From Acidimicrobiales bacterium (GTDB lineage: Bacteria; Actinomycetota; Acidimicrobiia; Acidimicrobiales; RAAP-2), in NCBI GenBank assembly GCA_036501425.1, contig DASYAI010000016.1, positions 8,490 through 72,489 on the forward strand: a stretch of DNA of 64,000 bases, in the 5' to 3' direction. The notes under the pieces are model-generated. The model was not told the origin of the DNA. It saw only the letters and a list, made by a program, of their open reading frames with translations, and searched no databases. Positions 35,559 through 41,943 of the stretch are shown one piece after another. Numbering within the stretch: the first letter of the stretch is position 1; each line of letters starts with the position of its first letter. Position numbers and translations under genes: made by a program.

Positions 35559-36827
35559 TTGGGCGCGGCAACGACGATTGTGAACGCGAAGGTATTCGAC
35601 GGGACGAAGTCGCGAGCCTGGACTTCGGTCCGATTCGCTGACGGCCTGATCACCGAGTGCTCGGTCTCCTCGGCCGCCGAAGAAGGCGACGAAGTGATCG
35701 ACGCGGGCGGCGGGACAGTGCTGCCCGGCCTCATCGACTCGCACGTGCACCTCGTGCCCGGCGCACTGGCACAATCCCTAACCTTCGGCGTTACCACCGT
35801 TCTTGACATGTTCAGCACAATCGACATCGTGGCGAGCGCGAAGGAGCAGGCCGGCTCCCGCTCAGATGTGGCGGACGTGCGCTCTGCGGGTGTCGGCGCC
35901 ACCGCGCCCGGCGGGCACCCGTCGATGATGTACGGCCCGTTCCCGACGTTGACCTCCGCTGAGCAGGCCGAGATGTTCGTGGCCGAACGGATAGCGGAAG
36001 GCTCGGACTATCTGAAGGTCTTCTCTGGGATCCGGGGTTTGTGGCCCTGGCTGGACGTTCAAACCATCAGAGCGCTCGTCACTGCCGGACACCGCCGTGG
36101 GTTGATTGTGGTCGCTCACGTGAGTTCGACAGCCGGCTTCGAGGAGGTCGTTGCCGCCGGCGTTGACGTCGTGGCCCACGTTCCGGCGAACGCCGAGCTA
36201 GACGAGTCCCTCGTCCAACGCACGGCCGAGGTCGGAGTCGTGGTCGGTCCGACGCTGGCTACCGTCGAGAACACTCTCGGTGAGCCCGGAGGCGCCGCCG
36301 TAGCAGGGGACCCGCGGCTCGGCGAGGTCCTCGGTGAGGTCTGGGTTCGTCGGTTGACCGCGGATGCCTCGGGAGGGCATGGTCGGCCAACGCCGCCGTA
36401 CTCTCGGGCCGAGGACAACGTGCGACGACTAGCCGATGCGGGGGTCACTCTCCTTGCTGGCACGGACGCTCCCAGTCCGGGCACCGCGTTCGGCGCAAGC
36501 CTGCACCGAGAACTTGAACTTCTGGTGCGGTGTGGCATCAGCCCGGCGCGGGCCCTGGAGGCTGCGACTGCTGAACCGGCCCGAATGTTCGGGCTCGCGG
36601 ATCGAGGACGTATCGCAGCCGGGCAGCGGGCGGACCTGGTCCTTTTGTCTGGTGACCCACTGACCGACATCACGGAGACCCGCTCCATTGAGTGGATATG
36701 GCGCGGCGGCGAAGCCTGTGACCGACATGCCTTCGCCGCAAGCGCTGCCGAAGTTGAACAGCTCGCCGCTTTCGATGCTCAGCTCGCTAGGATCGTGGCA
36801 GCCGTGCGTGGACGCCACGGTGGCTGA
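35559..36827 (+). CDS. Amidohydrolase-superfamily metal-dependent hydrolase
   Basis: Track ORF of 422 aa. TTG start with GGGGAGGA 5 nt upstream. Motifs: VLPGLIDSHVHL (HxH), VVAHV, LAGTDAP, ADLVLLSGDPL. Lower GC than the flanking regions. Confidence 0.8.
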   Translation: MGAATTIVNAKVFDGTKSRAWTSVRFADGLITECSVSSAAEEGDEVIDAGGGTVLPGLIDSHVHLVPGALAQSLTFGVTTVLDMFSTIDIVASAKEQAGSRSDVADVRSAGVGATAPGGHPSMMYGPFPTLTSAEQAEMFVAERIAEGSDYLKVFSGIRGLWPWLDVQTIRALVTAGHRRGLIVVAHVSSTAGFEEVVAAGVDVVAHVPANAELDESLVQRTAEVGVVVGPTLATVENTLGEPGGAAVAGDPRLGEVLGEVWVRRLTADASGGHGRPTPPYSRAEDNVRRLADAGVTLLAGTDAPSPGTAFGASLHRELELLVRCGISPARALEAATAEPARMFGLADRGRIAAGQRADLVLLSGDPLTDITETRSIEWIWRGGEACDRHAFAASAAEVEQLAAFDAQLARIVAAVRGRHGG

Positions 36828-37228
36828 GTAGCTCTCGTCACACAACCGCCCGCATCGCCCCGTGTAGCCCCGCCTGAGCCCCCGGGCCGGGAAGGCCTAC
36901 CGGTGCGGTCCCGGCCCGGCCACCAGCGTCCGGCTACAAGATCGCTAGCTCCCCTCGCGAGAGAATCCCGGGCTCGCCCTCCAACGTTGCCGGTCACGGC
37001 ACTAGTGCTCCTGGCAGTAGTCGACGCGGAACCGCTTGCCCTCGGCCGTGACGTACGTGCCGCGCACGCTCACCGGCCGGGGCAGTGGAGCGGCTGACCA
37101 CCTCGTCCGGGGTGGCTGTCTCGAACCATCCGCCAGCACCGTCCGGGCTGGGCCGTGAATCCGGGGGCGACCTCCACATTGGGGACCGTGATCCCAGGCT
37201 GTGACCCCGCGACGCCGGCTGGCACCCG

Positions 37229-37747
37229 TCAATCGCTCCGGTGGCTTGGCGGACCGAGGTAGACGTGCTCTTCGACCACGTCGCCCTGACCCAAGGGACA
37301 GGTGACGGTGCCTGCCCGGATCCACCCGCACGATTCGTAGAGCGCGACGGCGGCAACATGCTGTGCGACGACGTCGAGAATCGGATAGAGCCCGCGGGTC
37401 GCGGCCTCTCGCGCAGCCACATCGAGAAGTGATCGACCGATCCCGGCTCGACGCACACCGGGTGCCACCAGGAGTCGCGCCACGACAGCAAGGCGATGAG
37501 CTGGTCGGCCGAGCGCAGTGCTCGCTAGCCCAATAACGGCATCGGTGGAGCGCTTATGGAGCGCCACGTGGCCAACCACATGGCCGCCATCTTCTGCCAC
37601 CCAGGCTCCGTACGCCTCGGCTGACACGAGGAACTCCCGAAGACTCGTCGGCAAGTACACCGGGTAGCCGTCGAGATCGTGGACCGCCTCGGCAATGGCA
37701 ACACAGGCATCTACGTCAGCCCCTGTCCGCGGGCGAATCGTCACCAC
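37229..37747 (-). CDS. GNAT family N-acetyltransferase
   Basis: C-terminal 172 aa of track ORF 37229..38089, starting at GTG 37747 (VVTIRPRTGADVDACVAI...). The acetyl-CoA site is LLVAPGVRRAGIGRSLL. Confidence 0.75.
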   Translation of the reverse strand: MVTIRPRTGADVDACVAIAEAVHDLDGYPVYLPTSLREFLVSAEAYGAWVAEDGGHVVGHVALHKRSTDAVIGLASTALGRPAHRLAVVARLLVAPGVRRAGIGRSLLDVAAREAATRGLYPILDVVAQHVAAVALYESCGWIRAGTVTCPLGQGDVVEEHVYLGPPSHRSD

Positions 37748-37868
37748 GGACTGCGATCGTAGGTGACCCGTATCGGCGTTGCTCTCTGGCTCGGTACGCG
37801 CCCACGGCAGGACGGGGGTGGGCAGCCCAGCGAGTCGATGGGTCATCGAGTCATGGCAAGCTGAGGCC

Positions 37869-38246
37869 ATGGCAGGATTGCGTTTGGCCCTGATCGTCTC
37901 CCATGAGGGGAGCAACGCCCAAGCGGTCATCGATGCCTGAACCCGGGGGGAGCTGGCCGCGACAGCGGCCGTCGTGATTAGCAACAACTCCGCAAGCCGT
38001 GTCTTGGAGCGAGCCAGGCTCGTCGGGATACCTATTGCCCATCTCAGCGACGTTACCCATCCCGAACCCGACGGTTTGGACCGAGCCATCCTCGCTGAAC
38101 TGACAGCACGTGACGTACAGGTAGTAGTGCTTGCGGGTTATCCATTACCCAGGGTTCGCCACCTTTGGACGGATTCTGAAGGCGTGGGCGGGATACTCAC
38201 CGGTGGAGCGGTGATCTACGTCGCCCGGGAGCACGTCGAGCCGTAA
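37869..38246 (+). pseudogene. purN: purN-like phosphoribosylglycinamide formyltransferase pseudogene (in-frame TGA plus a degraded 3' half)
   Basis: ATG 37869 gives MAGLRLALIVSHEGSNAQAVIDA, then TGA (37938-37940), then TRGELAATAAVVISNNSASRVLERARLVGIP...VVVLAGY. This parallels E. coli PurN (LISGNGSNLQAIIDAC...VFSNKADAFGLERA...VVLAGFM). The stop sits at the conserved Cys codon. After VVLAGY the expected NIHPSLLP region is missing or out of frame. Confidence 0.7.
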
Positions 38247-38289
38247 GCAGGGTCCCAGCCGTCGCCCATCCGGGCGCCCCCAGAATTGC

Positions 38290-38619
38290 TCACGAGCCGT
38301 TCAACTCCCCGGCGCCGCCGAGGAGCCCTTCGATGTCATCGAGGAGAGCGACGGCGTCCTCCGGCACACCCATGACGAGGCTGACGGCCTCGACCTCGAC
38401 CTCGACCGAGAACCGGAAGAACGCGCAGCAGGTCTTCTCCCGCTGGGCGAGGGCCACAATCGCCGGCAACTCGGCCCGGTCTTGGGTCAGTTCGAGGCGC
38501 AACGTGTCGGCGGCCACACGCTCGAAGCGGACCACCACCCTGACGAGCAGCTCTCGCCACTCGCGCCTCTGGGCAAGGGCGTCGCCTTCGTCGAGCGTGC
38601 AGGCCAGCGGGATCCTCAC
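38290..38619 (-). CDS. Hypothetical protein (109 aa) with a conserved-looking CC motif
   Basis: Track ORF: MRIPLACTLDEGDALAQRREWRELLVRVVV...ALAQREKTCCAFFRFSVEVEVEAVSLVM. The composition is protein-like. It resembles a small actinobacterial family often found near metal/redox regulators, but I cannot name the family. Confidence 0.5.
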   Translation of the reverse strand: MRIPLACTLDEGDALAQRREWRELLVRVVVRFERVAADTLRLELTQDRAELPAIVALAQREKTCCAFFRFSVEVEVEAVSLVMGVPEDAVALLDDIEGLLGGAGELNGS

Positions 38620-38986
38620 GGAGCTACTTTATGGCCGCTCAATGACCCGACCCAAGCGCCCGCACCGGCAGGAGACGCCGCCCCCAGAATCGCCCAGGAG
38701 CCTGGCAGTGAGGGATCGGGGACCCCTCCTTGTCCTCAGCCACTTCGTCGGTCAGCGTGGTGCCCATGCCCAAGCGCCGACCGGTGACGACCCCGAACAA
38801 GAACAAGAACCAGAAGCCGGGCCGCAACGACCCGAGCCGGGGTGGTGGTGGCCGACGCACCGATCGGGGCAACGGCCGATGATCCTCGGGCACGGGCCCA
38901 CCGTCCCACTAGACGCCCCCAGAGTCGCTCAGCAGGCGGCCACCTCGCTCCATAGTGGCGTCCCCGCCTATGGGCGACCGCAAGCC

Positions 38987-39709
38987 CTATGGGCCGACGC
39001 TCTGCTTGTCGAAGCCGAGTTGGCCGAGGGCGGTTTCGATGCCCGGCGGCGGCTCCTCGAAGGCGACCACGATGGTGTCGTCCTCCCAGACCGCATCACC
39101 GTTGCCACCGATGGACTGGACGTCGCTCTCGGCCGAGGACAGGTCGTTCTCGGTGAAGATCTTCACGAGGCCCTTGGCGCCGGCGCACTCGTTGTCGGTG
39201 GTCTGGGCGTAGAGGTGCTCGGTGAGATTGCCGGCCTCGCTGAGATTGCAGAGCCCGATGCCGGTCGTGAGGATTGCGTTCTCCACCTTGGAGAAGCTCG
39301 GCAGCGTGCCTCCTCTGCCCGTTGGAGCGGTCGCATCGTCGGTCGAGGTCCACTCCTCGTGCCAGTGCCCGGTCGAGTTGGTGCCCGATGTGACCGAGCA
39401 GCTCACGTAGGCAACGACGTCACCGTATGCCGAACACGCTGTACTTGAACTTCTTGCTGGCCACCCATTGCTTCGGGTCGGTGCACTGGGCCGAGCTGGC
39501 GTTGCCGACGCCCTCCTTGACAGCGTTGCCCTTGACTGCGTGACGCACGATGGCCGCAGACGGTCCCTTGGGGGTCGTGGCGCCCGACGCTGACGCGGGG
39601 ACGCTTGCCAGCCCCGCACCTGCACCGAGCGTGAGAGCGCCGAGCGCCGCGCCGGCTGCCAGCCGCCTCGTGCCCGGGAACGTCCTGGTCGTTTCGATGA
39701 ATCCATCAT
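38987..39709 (-). pseudogene. Secreted protein gene disrupted by frameshift(s)
   Basis: ATGATG 39709 with GGGAG upstream lies in the frame of track ORF 38987..39889. The signal peptide and N-terminal domain (TRRLAAGAALGALTLGAGAGLASVPASASGATTPKGPSAAIVRHAVKGNAVKEG...KKFKYSVFGIR*) are in the frame of track ORF 39420..39911. The C-terminal domain (YGDVVAYVSCSVTSGTNSTGHWHEEW...VKIFTENDLSSAESDVQSIGGNGDAVWEDDTIVVAFEEPPPGIETALGQLGF) returns to the first frame. Confidence 0.5.
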
Positions 39710-39754
39710 TGCTCCCGGCCTCCCTGGATAGCCGACGGAGACGCCCTGCTCTTC

Positions 39755-40081
39755 GTGGGCGAGGGACGCGAGGGACGCGAGGGACGCGAGGGCAAGGCGA
39801 CCACCCAACCCCCGCACCACTCGAACTGGCGGCAGCGGATCTGGGTGTCGGCGTATGAGCGAGCGGGCTTGCCCGGTCTTCGGTTCCACGATCTGCGGTC
39901 GTTAGCAGCAAGCGTTTTGGTGGCTAGCGGCATCAACGTAAAAACGGCAATGACCCGCCTTGGCCACGCCTCGGCAAGAACGACGCTGGAGCTGTACGCC
40001 CGAGCCCACGACGACGCCGACGTGGAGGCCGCCCAGAGCGTGGGTGCGTGGTTCCGTTCGAGCGCCTCTGCCAACGGGTGA
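39755..40081 (+). pseudogene. Tyrosine recombinase/integrase, C-terminal fragment only
   Basis: Track ORF of 108 aa. ...AGLPGLRFHDLRSLAASVLVASGINVKTAMTRLGHASARTTLELYARAHDD covers the HxxR, LGH and catalytic Tyr region. The N-terminal ~250 aa of a normal integrase are missing. It lies 93 bp from the 3' end of tRNA-Val. Confidence 0.75.
39761..39793. repeat. 9-bp tandem repeat GAGGGACGC, three perfect copies plus a partial copy
   Basis: Read directly: gagggacgc gagggacgc gagggacgc gagggcaag. It lies exactly where the integrase homology begins. Confidence 0.9.
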
Positions 40082-40173
40082 TTTTGGAGCCGTGGACAAT
40101 GGATGGACAATGGAGCGGGGCCTGACGCTCGCAGTTCCGAGCTTCGCAGGCCCCCTACCAGTGGGAACAGGGG

Positions 40174-40247
40174 TGGGCGCTAGAGGACTCGAACCTCCGA
40201 CCTCAGCCGTGTGAAGGCTGCGCTCTAACCAACTGAGCTAAGCGCCC
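40174..40247 (-). tRNA. tRNA-Val(CAC): tRNA-Val (anticodon CAC)
   Basis: The minus strand folds by hand as GGGCGCT TA GCTC AGTTGGTTA GAGC G CAGCC TTCACAC GGCTG AGGTC GGAGG TTCGAGT CCTCT AGCGCCC A. This is a full cloverleaf with one G-U pair in the T stem. CCA is not encoded. Confidence 0.92.
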
Positions 40248-40392
40248 TTGTACCGCGATCGCCGGGTGACCCACACCTCGTCCGGGCGCACCTTGCAAGG
40301 GGCCCCCGGCATCGGGCATTGCCGCCCACCGCATCGACGGCACAATCTAACCGAAAGGGCGCACCGGAGCGGTCAGCTAGCCTCGACCCCCG

Positions 40393-41202
40393 ATGGCTAA
40401 CGATCGCGAGCCGCCCCCGGACGTGGGAGGACACGGCGGGCTCGAGGGCCCTCGGGCCTCGACGTCCTGGCTCAACCGGGTCTTCTCCCCCCAGGCAGGC
40501 GGCCGCCGACGCCCGCCCGCCCGAGCTCCGGGACCGCTGTCCGATCCCGCTCGACGGGCCCAGATCCTGGCGATCGACGGCACCGAACGACGGATCGGGT
40601 ACGCGGCGGCCATCGTCGCCGCGGTCATTGCGATCCTCACCATCGCTCCCTATGTCCGGAACCCGAAGTCGGCGGCACACCCCACCGTCTCGCCGATCAA
40701 GGGGAAGGCGTGCCCCACCGGCTATCACTACCAAAAGGTCAACGGCCACTTCACGTGCTGGAGCCTGCAGGCCTACCCCCGGTCGCACTGGGTCGTCGCC
40801 CTGGTGGTGGTGGGGGTGTTCGCTCTGGCCGTCTACATCGCGGTCCGGATCGGGCGGCGCTCGGCGGTGGCCTTCACGATCTTGATGACCGGCCTGGCCC
40901 TCATGTCGGTCGAGGGCACGGTCCTCGCCGTCCCGTTCATCTTCGTGGGCGGTTGGCTGCTGGTACGGGCCTGGCGGGTCCAGCGGTTCGGCTCGCCCAC
41001 GGCCAAACGTCCGGTGGCCGCCGAATCGTCGAACGGGACCGCCCGCGCGCCGTCTGAGGGTTCGGCCGCCCGGCCGGCCAAGGCCCGGGCGACACCGTCC
41101 AAGGGGTCACGACGGGGCAAACCGGCGCCAGCCGGACCCGCGCCCAACAAGCGCTACACCCCCAAGACTCCGCAGCGTCGGCGGCCGGCGCCCCCGTCCT
41201 GA
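40393..41202 (+). CDS. Hypothetical integral membrane protein (about 4 TM) with basic Pro-rich termini
   Basis: Track ORF of 269 aa. Hydrophobic segments: IGYAAAIVAAVIAILTIAPY, WVVALVVVGVFALAVYIAV, AFTILMTGLALMSV, LAVPFIFVGGWLLV. I recognise no family. Confidence 0.55.
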   Translation: MANDREPPPDVGGHGGLEGPRASTSWLNRVFSPQAGGRRRPPARAPGPLSDPARRAQILAIDGTERRIGYAAAIVAAVIAILTIAPYVRNPKSAAHPTVSPIKGKACPTGYHYQKVNGHFTCWSLQAYPRSHWVVALVVVGVFALAVYIAVRIGRRSAVAFTILMTGLALMSVEGTVLAVPFIFVGGWLLVRAWRVQRFGSPTAKRPVAAESSNGTARAPSEGSAARPAKARATPSKGSRRGKPAPAGPAPNKRYTPKTPQRRRPAPPS

Positions 41203-41294
41203 AGGTCCTCGCCGCCCGCTCCCACGATGCCCCGGACCGGCCGGGTGGGACCCGAGGAGCGGCACACCCGACGATTGGCCCGGACTCGACAAGC

Positions 41295-41897
41295 TCAGCG
41301 GGGGTCCGGGGCCGCCAGCAACGCCGAGCGCAGCAGGGCCAGGACGTCGGCTCGCCGCCGCACGAGCGATCTGGCGGTTGGCTCCTCACCCACCGCCCGC
41401 AGCACCTCCACCTCGGTGACCATGCCGACCACGGTGGAGTAGATGGCCAGCAGCAGGAGACCCGGATCGTGGCGACGCATCCGGCCGGCATCCATCTCGG
41501 CCTGCAGGAACTCCGACGCCCGCCGCACCAGCGGGGCAATGGCCGTGGTGAACTGGGTGGCCGCCGGTGGCCCGAGGCGGGCTGCCTCGCGTACCAAGCC
41601 CAGCAGCTCGGGCCGCCTCGCCGACAGCCGGAACACCGACCGGACCACGGCGTCGACCCGGGCCCACCCCTCCCCCGCCGCGTCGAGGGCATCTTGCAAC
41701 GCGCTCGCCAGCTCGGTGGCCCCCTGGGTGATGACCGCCTCGAGGAGGCTCTCCTTGCTGGGGAACCAGTAGAGGATGGTCTGCTTGCGGATCTCGAGCA
41801 TGGCGGCGACGGCGTCGAGCGAGGTGCCTTCGTAGCCCTTGGTCCCGAAGGACGAGAGGGCCGCGGCCACGATGCGGTCCGGCGTATCGCTCACCAT
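41295..41897 (-). CDS. TetR/AcrR family transcriptional regulator
   Basis: C-terminal 200 aa of track ORF 41295..42335, starting at ATG 41897. HTH: GYEGTSLDAVAAMLEIRKQTILYWFPSKESLL. It is divergent from the FAR-HAD operon. Confidence 0.85.
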   Translation of the reverse strand: MVSDTPDRIVAAALSSFGTKGYEGTSLDAVAAMLEIRKQTILYWFPSKESLLEAVITQGATELASALQDALDAAGEGWARVDAVVRSVFRLSARRPELLGLVREAARLGPPAATQFTTAIAPLVRRASEFLQAEMDAGRMRRHDPGLLLLAIYSTVVGMVTEVEVLRAVGEEPTARSLVRRRADVLALLRSALLAAPDPR

Positions 41898-41904
41898 GCG
41901 ACCA

Positions 41905-41934
41905 TGGTAGACACTCCTCCCTACCAGATGGTAG
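41905..41934. promoter_or_regulatory. Candidate TetR operator: TGGTAG-N10-CTACCA-GA-TGGTAG, plus a direct repeat ATGGTAGACA x2
   Basis: Read directly from the 46-bp divergent spacer: accATGGTAGACActcctccCTACCAGATGGTAGACAgatcc. Confidence 0.4.
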
Positions 41935-41943
41935 ACAGATCCG

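Noticed and set aside
37938-37940. The in-frame TGA in the purN-like gene as selenocysteine or readthrough
   Set aside because: The position corresponds to a non-catalytic Cys. The downstream half of the gene is also frame-decayed and lacks the catalytic region. No SECIS-like hairpin is evident, and the context is a degraded island.
38639-38893. The 84-aa minus-strand ORF upstream of the 109-aa CC-motif protein
   Set aside because: It has only one short hydrophobic stretch (GFWFLFLFGVV) and otherwise Arg/Pro-rich sequence. No start context supports it. It is probably non-coding or decayed.
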